The position numbers were made by a program, and so were the translations under genes. A model generated the notes under the pieces. The model did no database searches and was not told where the DNA came from. It saw only the letters and a list, made by a program, of their open reading frames with translations. DNA of 64,000 nt from Candidatus Woesebacteria bacterium (lineage in GTDB: Bacteria; Patescibacteriota; Microgenomatia; UBA8517): contig CP055308.1 of NCBI GenBank assembly GCA_013374855.1, positions 272,715 to 336,714 of the forward strand, in the 5' to 3' direction. The stretch's first letter is position 1. Each line of letters opens with the position of its first letter. Below are positions 19,174 to 27,740 of the stretch, in pieces.

Positions 19174-20904
19174 TCAAAGTTGGCCACCTGTTCCTCTTAA
19201 AAATTTGGCTTGCCATGGACGGTAGTTTGAGTAAAACCTTTTGGAGAATATTTCAATTCCGTCTTTTGTTACTTTATAATCAAACCAGACTTTTGCTCCC
19301 CAAGCCTTTTTTTCTATTTGTTTTATTTGTCCTGCAGGGAGAGTTGGGTCATCTATATATAAATCCTCAGGTGGGGGAGAGGTGGAAGAAATAACTGGCT
19401 TTGATAGATACACTTCCCGCCCGTCTTTTGTCCCATAAAGCTCGAAAACTAGTGTCTTTGATTCATTATCAACCTTTGTTTGTATTAGAATGTGGTTTCC
19501 TGTGTCGTTTTTAAATTTAAAATCAGGTGACGGTTCAAAAACAGTAGCGTCAAGCCCTGGTCCGGCATCTTGTTCATAATAACCAACACGGTATGCATGG
19601 GGATGTCTTTCTATTATGGGTAAACCAGCATTTAGGACAGCCCTGAAAAGCGTGGTGGAGACTTGACAAACTCCACCACCGTCGCCAAGAATCGTTTGCC
19701 CTTCTTTTATTACATAAGCTTGTTGGTACCCTGTTTCTTTTGAGACCTCTCCCAATGTTTTGTTAAAAGAGAAGATTTCTTCCGGTTTAACGAGCACTCC
19801 TTGGAGTCTTGATGAAGCGAGGTTAATGTTGTGAACGCGTGAAGGAGTAGAACCTACAAATCTTGATTTGCCTATTCCTATTAGCTCTTTTATTCCAAGA
19901 TTATTTATTTCTTCTGTTTTGTAGTCGGGTGGTATTCTGACAAAAGGCACCTCCACCTTATATGTTTTTTCCTCTTCCAGCTCCAATTTTTTAAGAGACT
20001 CGATGATTGTCTCTTTTAATTTTTCTAAATCCACAATGGTACCATCTTTTGCGGGTTTGAATTCTTTAACGCGCCCTTCTTCAAAGACAAGAATTGGGTT
20101 TTGGGGTGGTGAATCAAATTCTTTTTTAATCGATTCTGCAAGCAAATTTATTTTTTCTTTATCGTATCCTTCAAAAAAGTCGCTCATCCTTGCTATTTCT
20201 TCGTCGATTATTTCTTTTGCGTAGTTTTCTGAAACAAGAACTAGCTTCTTGCCGATCATTTTTTCTATTCTTTCTCTATATAAAAGCTCGCTTTTTTGGT
20301 CTAAAATAAATTCATCGGAAATTTTGTTAAGTGTAATTGGAGAAAAATCTAAGTTGTAGAATTTTAGATCTAGTTCTTTTTTTATTTTTTCTTTTTTAAA
20401 ATCAATTCCTGCCTTTCCATTTATGATCACTGGTTTTGAGTCTATTATCTGCGCTTTTGGTTTAACGCCTTTTTGGGTTATCTGTTTTTCTATTTCTTCC
20501 AATACTTTTTCTAGTTGTGTATCTTCATAAGATAAAACAGGACGAACTTCTACTCTTTGGAATAGAGAAAGTGGTTGTCTAAAGATGGGAATTCTGTTTT
20601 TCTGAAAGTAAGCATCTTGTGCCATTTTCTTAAAATCAAACACTAGATTTATTTGCCCTGTGTTTATGTAGGCTGATTGGTTGCCTATTTTTATTTCTAT
20701 TTCGCTTGGTATTTTTATCTCTTTTTTCAGTCTTTGTTCTGCTTCATCAACGGTTAAGCCGCCAATATTTACATCTGAGACATAAGTGTTGGGGAGTGTT
20801 CTTTGGTAGAAGACAAAGTAAAAGAAGAGAGGTGGAGATAGGATTATAAATAATGTGGTTAAGATGGTATTTATTGTTGTTTTGATTTTTGTTTTAGATA
20901 CCAT
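19174..20904 (-). CDS. VanW-like protein with peptidoglycan-binding repeats
   Basis: RVHNI, FSFN, GGGVCQVSTTLFRA, ERHPH, GLDATV; N-terminal TM; start chosen at MVSKTK. Confidence 0.85.
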   Translation of the reverse strand: MVSKTKIKTTINTILTTLFIILSPPLFFYFVFYQRTLPNTYVSDVNIGGLTVDEAEQRLKKEIKIPSEIEIKIGNQSAYINTGQINLVFDFKKMAQDAYFQKNRIPIFRQPLSLFQRVEVRPVLSYEDTQLEKVLEEIEKQITQKGVKPKAQIIDSKPVIINGKAGIDFKKEKIKKELDLKFYNLDFSPITLNKISDEFILDQKSELLYRERIEKMIGKKLVLVSENYAKEIIDEEIARMSDFFEGYDKEKINLLAESIKKEFDSPPQNPILVFEEGRVKEFKPAKDGTIVDLEKLKETIIESLKKLELEEEKTYKVEVPFVRIPPDYKTEEINNLGIKELIGIGKSRFVGSTPSRVHNINLASSRLQGVLVKPEEIFSFNKTLGEVSKETGYQQAYVIKEGQTILGDGGGVCQVSTTLFRAVLNAGLPIIERHPHAYRVGYYEQDAGPGLDATVFEPSPDFKFKNDTGNHILIQTKVDNESKTLVFELYGTKDGREVYLSKPVISSTSPPPEDLYIDDPTLPAGQIKQIEKKAWGAKVWFDYKVTKDGIEIFSKRFYSNYRPWQAKFLRGTGGQL

Positions 20905-20962
20905 TGTCTTGGTTGTTGAATGATTATAGAATAGTATATTAACACAACTGGGGTTTTTGTCT

Positions 20963-22561
20963 ATGGAAACCAATCAAAATCAAAAGAACAGCCAAGGACA
21001 AGCCAGTTCGGGGCAGGGTTTGCAACAGCATCCACCCATGGTGGGTGCTGAGACTAGTAGCCCTCTTTATGAATCTTCAATGTCTCAACTTGATGTGCCG
21101 GGTGTTTATTTTGGTTCTTCTGCAGTGTTTCAATCTCCAAATGAGGCAAAAAACGAGCAAATTCAAAAACCAAGTCAAACAACCCTGTCTCAGGATAAAG
21201 TTGTGTTCGATGAGGAAAAAAGTAAAAGCACAACCGCGACTCCACCTCCTCCCAGAAGAAAAATTCCATTGTTCTTTGTAGTAATGGTATTGACTTTAGT
21301 AGTCGTTCTTTTGGTGGGAGTGGTTCTTTTTTTTGGTGGGCGGTTTGGTAAAAAAACGGTTGAGACAAAAAAAATAACATGGTGGAATCTTTGGGAAGAT
21401 GATGGAGTTGTGAGATCTTTGATTCAGGAATATGAAACCAAAAATCCAAATGTGAAAGTTGAATATTTGAAGCAATCTCCTCAGGATTATCGTGAGAGAT
21501 TGGTGAACTCTCTTGCCAAAGGTACAGGGCCTGATATTTTTGTGTTTCATAATACATGGGCACCACTTTTGACCCGCGATTTAGACCGTGTTCCTGCTTC
21601 GGTTGCCAGTTCAGCTGATTTTGCTCGTGATTATTATTATGTTATTTCTTCTGATCTGACCGTTGGATCAGGGTTGGTGGGGTTGCCTTTGGGTTATGAT
21701 GCCCTGACTTTATTTATTAATGAAGATCTTTTTAAAGAAGCAAATGTAGACCCTCCAACTACTTGGGTTGAGTTGAGAGATCGTGCAAAGATTTTGACTA
21801 AGGTGGAAAATGGCAAAATTGTCCAAGCCGGTGTGGCCCTGGGAAGAACAGAAAATGTTGATCATTGGCAAGAGATTGTTGGATTAATGTTGCTTCAAAA
21901 TGGTGTTAATCTTTCCAATCCAGAACCGGATCTGATTGAAAATGCTCTTTTATTTTTTACTGCTTTTTCGAGAGTTGATAAAGTTTGGGATGAGACCCTT
22001 CCTCCGTCTACAGCAGCTTTCGCAGGAGGGAAGCTGGCTATGTATTTTGGTCCTTCGTGGCGCTATTTTAATATAAAGGAGGCAAACCCATCACTTAATT
22101 TTAGAACAGTTCCTTTGCCGCAGGTGCCGAAGGAAGACCCTGAAGAGCCAGATATTTCGTATGCAACTTATTGGGTGCAAGGTGTTTGGGCGAAAAGTTC
22201 GAATAAGGATTTGGCTTGGGATTTTTTGAAATTTATTTCTTCCCGCGAGTCTCTTGAGAAGATGTATAAGCAAGCTTCGCTTTATCGGGGATTTGGAGAA
22301 CCTTATCCAAAGGTAGAAATGGGAAATATGTTGCTTGAAGATCCAATTGTTGGATCTGTTGTAAAGATGGCGCCATATGCTCGCAGTTGGTATTTGGCAT
22401 CACGCACTTTTGATGGCCCAACGGGTATTAACTCGCAAATTGGTAAGTATTTTGAGGATGCTATAAATGCAGTGAATGCTAATGAAGATATAAAAGACGC
22501 TATTGAAACCTTGATTTTAGGTATAAAACAGGTTTTGGTTCAGTATGGCCTTTCAAAGTAA
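20963..22561 (+). CDS. Membrane-anchored extracellular solute (sugar)-binding protein
   Basis: TM then GPDIF, PPTTW, FAGGKLAMYFG, AWDFLKF pattern. Confidence 0.85.
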   Translation: METNQNQKNSQGQASSGQGLQQHPPMVGAETSSPLYESSMSQLDVPGVYFGSSAVFQSPNEAKNEQIQKPSQTTLSQDKVVFDEEKSKSTTATPPPPRRKIPLFFVVMVLTLVVVLLVGVVLFFGGRFGKKTVETKKITWWNLWEDDGVVRSLIQEYETKNPNVKVEYLKQSPQDYRERLVNSLAKGTGPDIFVFHNTWAPLLTRDLDRVPASVASSADFARDYYYVISSDLTVGSGLVGLPLGYDALTLFINEDLFKEANVDPPTTWVELRDRAKILTKVENGKIVQAGVALGRTENVDHWQEIVGLMLLQNGVNLSNPEPDLIENALLFFTAFSRVDKVWDETLPPSTAAFAGGKLAMYFGPSWRYFNIKEANPSLNFRTVPLPQVPKEDPEEPDISYATYWVQGVWAKSSNKDLAWDFLKFISSRESLEKMYKQASLYRGFGEPYPKVEMGNMLLEDPIVGSVVKMAPYARSWYLASRTFDGPTGINSQIGKYFEDAINAVNANEDIKDAIETLILGIKQVLVQYGLSK

Positions 22562-22570
22562 CTTTTATCT

Positions 22571-23401
22571 TTGAAAAAATTATTACCAGAAGAAAAAGCT
22601 TCGATTTTCTATCACAGTTTCTTTGATTATCCTCTAACGGAGGAAGATCTTTTAAAGTGGGCTGTTGGAAGAAAATTTTTATCGCTTTTTCCAAAAAAGA
22701 TAAATGTTATTCAGAAAGATGGTTTTTATTTTCTTCCAGAAGAAAAGTCCAGTATTTCTTGGCGGCAAAAAAGAGAAAAGTTTTCTGAAAGAAAGATCAA
22801 GATAGCAAAAAAGGCAGCTTCTTTGATTTCTCTTTTACCTACCGTCAAACTTGTTGCCATAACAGGATCGCTTGCGATGAGAAATGCAGATATTGATTCG
22901 GATATTGACTTGATGATTGTAACAAAGAGTGGTTTTCTTTGGACAACAAGGATATTTGTTTATCTTTTCCTTTTTGCCTTTGGTTTTCCTTTCAGAAGGT
23001 TTGGCAGTAGAGAAGTAAAAGATAAACTCTGTCTTAATATTTGGCTTGATGAGGGGAAACTTGTTTGGCATAAAAAAAATATTTTTACTGCGCATGAAGT
23101 TTTGCAAATCGTGCCGCTTTTAAACAGAAACTTTACCTACGAGCAGTTTTTGTCTGCTAATTTGTGGGCTTTTGATTATTGGCCAAATGCGGCAGACAAA
23201 AGAAAGTTGAAATGGACGGCTTTTTTAAAATTGAAAATTGACTTTTTTTCTTATATCTGGGCGCCGTTTGAGCTTTTGGCTTTTCTTTTGCAGAGACTTT
23301 ATATGCTGGGCAAGATTGGAAGAGAGACGGTTTCTTTGGATAGGGCAATATTTCACCCCATTGATCTTTCGGATAGAATTTTGCAAAAGCTACATACATA
23401 G
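22571..23401 (+). CDS. Pol-beta-like nucleotidyltransferase-domain protein
   Basis: TGSLA...DSDIDL motif; KLCLN. Confidence 0.7.
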   Translation: MKKLLPEEKASIFYHSFFDYPLTEEDLLKWAVGRKFLSLFPKKINVIQKDGFYFLPEEKSSISWRQKREKFSERKIKIAKKAASLISLLPTVKLVAITGSLAMRNADIDSDIDLMIVTKSGFLWTTRIFVYLFLFAFGFPFRRFGSREVKDKLCLNIWLDEGKLVWHKKNIFTAHEVLQIVPLLNRNFTYEQFLSANLWAFDYWPNAADKRKLKWTAFLKLKIDFFSYIWAPFELLAFLLQRLYMLGKIGRETVSLDRAIFHPIDLSDRILQKLHT

Positions 23402-23412
23402 GAGCGGGAGAG

Positions 23413-23456
23413 TGGAAGAGTAGAAGTTGAAGATTTGATTTATGATTTATGAATTA
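23413..23456 (+). repeat. 44-bp direct repeat, copy 1
   Basis: TGGAAGAGTAGAAGTTGAAGATTTGATTTATGATTTATGAATTA, identical to 25118-25161; looser similarity extends about 15 nt upstream and 15-20 nt downstream. Confidence 0.95.
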
Positions 23457-23462
23457 TGATTC

Positions 23463-24158
23463 ATGATTTATGAACTTATAAGAATCAAGAACGAGCTGGG
23501 TATGAAAACCGATTCGTTAGAGTCTTATCCTGCCTGTTTTTTCGATACCCAAGAAACTAGAGATTTTACTGGTAGTCGAATGTGCAATGCAGGGAAGACG
23601 GCATGTACCATTGGATTTGATGGTAGTATAAGGCCTTGCTCTCATGCTATTCAGACCTATGGATCTATGTTAGATGCTGGCGGGCTATATGAAGCGTGGA
23701 TAAACATGCAGCCTTGGAGAACAGAGGAATATATTCCAGAAAGTTGTAATCAATGTCCTGAAAAAAACTTGTGTAGAGGAGGATGTAGAACAGAAGCTTT
23801 TGCTGTATATGGGAGTCTCAAAGCTCCAGACCCTTACTGTAATTTGTCAAACACCGTCATACCTAGATCCTCTACTAATAGAGAGAGGGTTGATTTTTCA
23901 GCAGAATATTACTTTCACCCAGCCACTAAATACAGAGAGGAAAATTTTGGTGGGATTCTTTTTGTGACTCCCGTAAGATGGGTTGGAGTAACACATCAGC
24001 TGTATAATTTTTTTACAGAAAACAAAGTGAACAGATTTAGACTTAGTGCTTTGGCAAAATCTCTAGGACTAGAGGATAATAATCAAATTGAGACAACAGC
24101 CGAAATGTTAATTCGAAAGACTATATTACAGAAAGGGGGTGATAAGAATGACAAGTGA
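23463..24158 (+). pseudogene. 5'-truncated radical SAM maturase: end of barrel + SPASM + C-terminal PqqD/RRE-like domain
   Basis: CNAG...PC...CNQC-x5-CRGGC...DPYC SPASM cysteines; REENFGGILF RRE-like start; no CxxxCxxC; the ATG lies inside the heptamer repeat. Confidence 0.8.
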
Positions 24159-24330
24159 AAGAGAAACTAATCCAACCCCTGGAATAGTTGAAATGGTAGT
24201 TGAGGAAAGTGACAAGATTGATGAAAATCAACAACAGAGCTGTTATGAGTCTTGTGATGCAAGTGGTTGTGATTGTTTTGACTCAGGTGATTGTTTTGAT
24301 TACTGTGACAGGGTGCCGGACCCAGATTAA
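24148..24330 (+). CDS. Cys/Asp-rich putative RiPP precursor peptide (60 aa)
   Basis: SD AAAGGGGGTGA at 24132-24142; overlaps the SPASM gene stop; acidic leader and core CYESCDASGCDCFDSGDCFDYCDRVPDPD. Confidence 0.75.
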   Translation: MTSERETNPTPGIVEMVVEESDKIDENQQQSCYESCDASGCDCFDSGDCFDYCDRVPDPD

Positions 24331-24378
24331 AAACTTAAACTTTTAAAATAGTGTTAAATAAAAGTAAAAGACAGATCT

Positions 24379-25041
24379 ATGAAAATAATAGTAGATTATT
24401 CTTTGGATCTTGATACTTGGAATTACCTACGTTCTGTTTATAGGTTTGTGTGGTATATTCATGGCAGAAGCAACCTTCAAAAAAAGCTTCTTTCGGCTCT
24501 TCCAGAAGATCTGGTTGCTGACCTAAAAAGTACAAAAGATGAGAAACAAGCAAGGAAGACTATTAAAAAATTTCTGCTTAAAAATATAGAAGTTAGGAAG
24601 AAAAAATACTTCCTTATTGCTCAAAATATAGAATCTGCATGGGAAAAAGAGAGTTTTGAAATAGAGACTAAGCTGGAAAAATTGTACGAAAACAAGATTC
24701 CATTTAGGTCAATAAAAATCTTTCTTTCTACTTTACCCATCTGTCCTTACAACTTTGAGAAAAAATGGATAATGGTATTTGGCGAGACCAATACCAAAAA
24801 ACAGCTTCAAATTATAACTCACGAACTTAACCATTTTATGTTCTACTACTATTTTGGAGAAATAAAGAATGAATTGGGGAAAGAAAAATTTGAATCATTA
24901 AAAGAAGCTCTAACAGTGTTTACCAACCCGGAAGAGAAGGGATATCCTAATCAAAAGAGAATAAGAGATTGGCTGTCAAAACAAAAGCGAAGGTCAATCC
25001 CAGAAATAATCAAAAGCGGTAGGTGGAAAGAATATCTTTAA
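24379..25041 (+). CDS. HExxH (zincin-like) hypothetical protein
   Basis: THELNH plus downstream LKEALT glutamate. Confidence 0.65.
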   Translation: MKIIVDYSLDLDTWNYLRSVYRFVWYIHGRSNLQKKLLSALPEDLVADLKSTKDEKQARKTIKKFLLKNIEVRKKKYFLIAQNIESAWEKESFEIETKLEKLYENKIPFRSIKIFLSTLPICPYNFEKKWIMVFGETNTKKQLQIITHELNHFMFYYYFGEIKNELGKEKFESLKEALTVFTNPEEKGYPNQKRIRDWLSKQKRRSIPEIIKSGRWKEYL

Positions 25042-25117
25042 TTCCGACAACCAAAATATCAATTTTAAAGTCTAATGATCTATTAGCTTACGAAAATAAT
25101 AAATAAGAGTGGGGGAT

Positions 25118-25161
25118 TGGAAGAGTAGAAGTTGAAGATTTGATTTATGATTTATGAATTA
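25118..25161 (+). repeat. 44-bp direct repeat, copy 2
   Basis: Identical to 23413-23456. Confidence 0.95.
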
Positions 25162-25689
25162 GGATTTATGAATTTATTCTAGAATCTTAATTCACTTTGT
25201 TCTTTGTTCTACTATTGTCAATGGTTAATGGTTAATGGTCAAATGTCATGCTGAATTCATTTTTCGCATCTCTTACCTTAATTATAAACAAATTACAAAT
25301 TCCAAATCACAAGCTCCAAACAAATTCCAATTAACAAATTACAAACAATACACAAATTCCAAATTACAAAACATCCTCCTTCGCCAAGGCTACGGAAGGG
25401 CAAGCAAAAATGGTAATTAACTTTTAACAAGGATAGGAGAAACAATATTAAACAAGTCTCCTAATAAGGTCTGGCCTTTAAGTAAAGGCCAGACCTTTAT
25501 AAAATCAAATTCCAAATCACTATTCACTATTCACTGTTTACAAATTTGCTTTCTACCTGATGCTAGATGCTTGCTACCATTCTTTTCTTTGTTCTTTGTT
25601 CTTTGTTCTATCTTTGTTGTTGGTTGGATGTTGGAAGTTGTTTGTTCGCTTTAGCGTTGTTGTCAGTTGGCAGTTGGATGTTGGCAGTT
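25141..25689. repeat. Mosaic of distinct heptamer tandem arrays
   Basis: TGATTTA-type 25141-25175; CTTTGTT 25195-25210; ATGGTTA-type 25214-25248; ACAAATT/CCAAATT-type 25288-25372; TCACTAT 25517-25537; TTCTTTG 25585-25609; GTTGGAT/GTTGGCA-type 25616-25650 and 25659-25689. Confidence 0.9.
25466..25497. repeat. Perfect 15-bp inverted repeat (REP-like doublet)
   Basis: AAGGTCTGGCCTTTA-AG-TAAAGGCCAGACCTT. Confidence 0.85.
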
Positions 25690-25705
25690 CCGTAAGGAGT
25701 GCCTC

Positions 25706-25807
25706 TTGACAAGTTTTATTTGTTTTTTATAATAGCACTTGGGGTTTAGCAATGCTAAAAGCAAAGTGCTAAATGCCTCTTGACAAAACAAAATTCTTTT
25801 TTAAAAT
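25706..25807 (+). promoter_or_regulatory. Tandem sigma70 promoters of groESL
   Basis: TTGACA(25706)-16-TATAAT(25728) and TTGACA(25780)-16-TAAAAT(25802); each -35 sits in an identical TGCCTCTTGACAA 13-mer. Confidence 0.75.
25732..25772 (+). promoter_or_regulatory. Two overlapping degenerate CIRCE (HrcA) operators
   Basis: ATAGCACTT-N9-CAATGCTAA (25732-25758) and TTAGCAATG-N9-AAGTGCTAA (25746-25772) vs consensus TTAGCACTC-N9-GAGTGCTAA. Confidence 0.75.
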
Positions 25808-25819
25808 TTTTTCTAGTCT

Positions 25820-26122
25820 ATGGGAAGCAAAAAATTAAATTTAAAACCAACACCAGGCTATCTTTTAATAGAACCTGCTTTGGCTGAAAAAAAGACTGAG
25901 TCTGGTATTTACCTTCCTGATACTTCAGAGGAAAAACCCCAAAAAGGTAAAGTTTTAGCAGTAGGGGCAGATGAGGTTCTTGATTCTGGAAAGACGAGAA
26001 AATCTCCAGCTAAAGTTGGTGATGAAATAATTTACAAAAAATGGGGTGGTAATGAAGTTAAGATTGATGGCAAGGAATATATCTTTGTTAAGTTTGAGGA
26101 TGTTTTGGCAGTAATTGGCTAA
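25820..26122 (+). CDS. groES: Co-chaperonin GroES
   Basis: [32 protein letters not shown]. Confidence 0.97.
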   Translation: MGSKKLNLKPTPGYLLIEPALAEKKTESGIYLPDTSEEKPQKGKVLAVGADEVLDSGKTRKSPAKVGDEIIYKKWGGNEVKIDGKEYIFVKFEDVLAVIG

Positions 26123-26123
26123 T

Positions 26124-27740
26124 ATGGCAAAACAACTTAAATTTTCAGACGAAGCTCGTGTTGCCCTGATGAGGGGAATTGATACTGTTGCAAAAGCAGT
26201 TGTTACTACACTTGGCCCCAAAGGTAGGAATGTCGCTTTGGATAAAAAGTGGGGTGCGCCCAATGTTGTTCACGATGGGGTAACTGTTGCTAAAGAAATA
26301 GAATTAAAAGATCCTTTTGAAAATATGGGAGCTCAGCTTGTAAAGGAAGCTGCAGACAAAACAAATGATATTGCTGGTGATGGTACGACAACAGCAACTC
26401 TTCTTACTCGTGAAATTGCAGCTCTTGGTATGAAGCATATTACTGCAGGAGCAAATCCTATGATAGTTAAGAAGGGTATAGAAAAGGCAGTTTCTGCAGT
26501 GGTTGAGGAATTAAAGAGAATTGCAAAACCAATAAAGAACAAAGAAGAAATAACACAAGTTGCAACAATCTCTGCAGGAGATGAGACAATTGGTGCCAAA
26601 ATAGCCGAAGCTTTAGATGGTAAGGATAGGGTTGTTACCGTTGAAGAGGGTAAGAGCCTTGAACTTGAAATAGAGTATAAAGAAGGAATGGAGTTTGACC
26701 ATGGTTATGTTTCCCCATACTTTGTTACAAACCCTGAAAAAATGGAAGCGGAGGTTACGGATGCTTACATTCTTTTGACTGACAGAAAAATTTCTGCAAT
26801 TTCTGATTTATTACCCTTCCTTGAAAAGTTTATTAAAGTAAGCAAAAATCTGGTTATTATTGCAGATGATATAGAGGGAGAGGCTTTAGCTACCTTGGTT
26901 GTTAATAAGCTTAAAGGTACTTTCAATGTTTTGGCTGTTAAAGCTCCAGGCTTTGGTGATAGAAGGAAGGAAATGCTTGAAGATATAGCAGTTCTTACTG
27001 GAGGAGTAGTAATTTCAGAAGACACTGGAAGAAAACTTGAGTCGGTAGAGATTGAGGATTTGGGGAGAGCTGACAAAGTATGGGCTGATAAAGACAGTAC
27101 CAGAATAATTGGTGGCAAAGGAGAAAAGGAAGCAATAGAGAAAAGAATAAGTCTTATTAAGCGACAAATTGAGGAAGCAGATTCTGATTTTGATAAAGAA
27201 AAACTTCAAGAAAGGTTAGCAAAACTTTCAGGTGGTGTTGCTCAAATTAATGTTGGGGCAGCTACAGAAGTTGAGCTTAATGAGAAAAAAGAGAGAGTGA
27301 AAGATGCTGTTGAGGCAACTAAAGCTGCAATTGAAGAAGGCATTGTCCCGGGTGGTGGAATAGCTCTTTTGAGAGCAAGAAATGTTCTTAAAGATTTGAT
27401 TGAGAAGGAAAACGTGGAGGACGAAAAGATAGGTATAAAAATTGTTTATGATGCACTTGAGCAACCTGTTCGTTACCTAGCAAGAAACTCAGGAGAAGAC
27501 GATGGTTATGTGGTGAGAAGAATTGAAGAATCAAAAGAGCCAGATTTTGGTTATAATTCTCTAACTGGCGAGTTTGGTTCTATGCTTAAGTTTGGAATAT
27601 TAGATCCTTTGAAGGTTACTCGTTCAGCGTTACAAAATGCAGCATCTGTGGCGATGATGGTCTTGACGACTGAGGCTTTGGTAACAGATATTCCAGAAGA
27701 GAAGAAAGAAACCCCAGGTAACCCCGGAATGGATTATTAG
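26124..27740 (+). CDS. groEL: Chaperonin GroEL
   Basis: [43 protein letters not shown]. Confidence 0.99.
   Translation: MAKQLKFSDEARVALMRGIDTVAKAVVTTLGPKGRNVALDKKWGAPNVVHDGVTVAKEIELKDPFENMGAQLVKEAADKTNDIAGDGTTTATLLTREIAALGMKHITAGANPMIVKKGIEKAVSAVVEELKRIAKPIKNKEEITQVATISAGDETIGAKIAEALDGKDRVVTVEEGKSLELEIEYKEGMEFDHGYVSPYFVTNPEKMEAEVTDAYILLTDRKISAISDLLPFLEKFIKVSKNLVIIADDIEGEALATLVVNKLKGTFNVLAVKAPGFGDRRKEMLEDIAVLTGGVVISEDTGRKLESVEIEDLGRADKVWADKDSTRIIGGKGEKEAIEKRISLIKRQIEEADSDFDKEKLQERLAKLSGGVAQINVGAATEVELNEKKERVKDAVEATKAAIEEGIVPGGGIALLRARNVLKDLIEKENVEDEKIGIKIVYDALEQPVRYLARNSGEDDGYVVRRIEESKEPDFGYNSLTGEFGSMLKFGILDPLKVTRSALQNAASVAMMVLTTEALVTDIPEEKKETPGNPGMDY

Noticed and set aside
25235-25420. 61-aa ORF in the ORF track
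   Set aside because: It is a translation of heptamer repeats and palindromes, with no SD and no recognisable domain
23413-25689. CRISPR or TIGR-type guide array
   Set aside because: Only two copies of the 44-mer, 1.7 kb apart; the heptamer arrays have no unique spacers of regular length; no cas or Nop-domain gene recognised in the window
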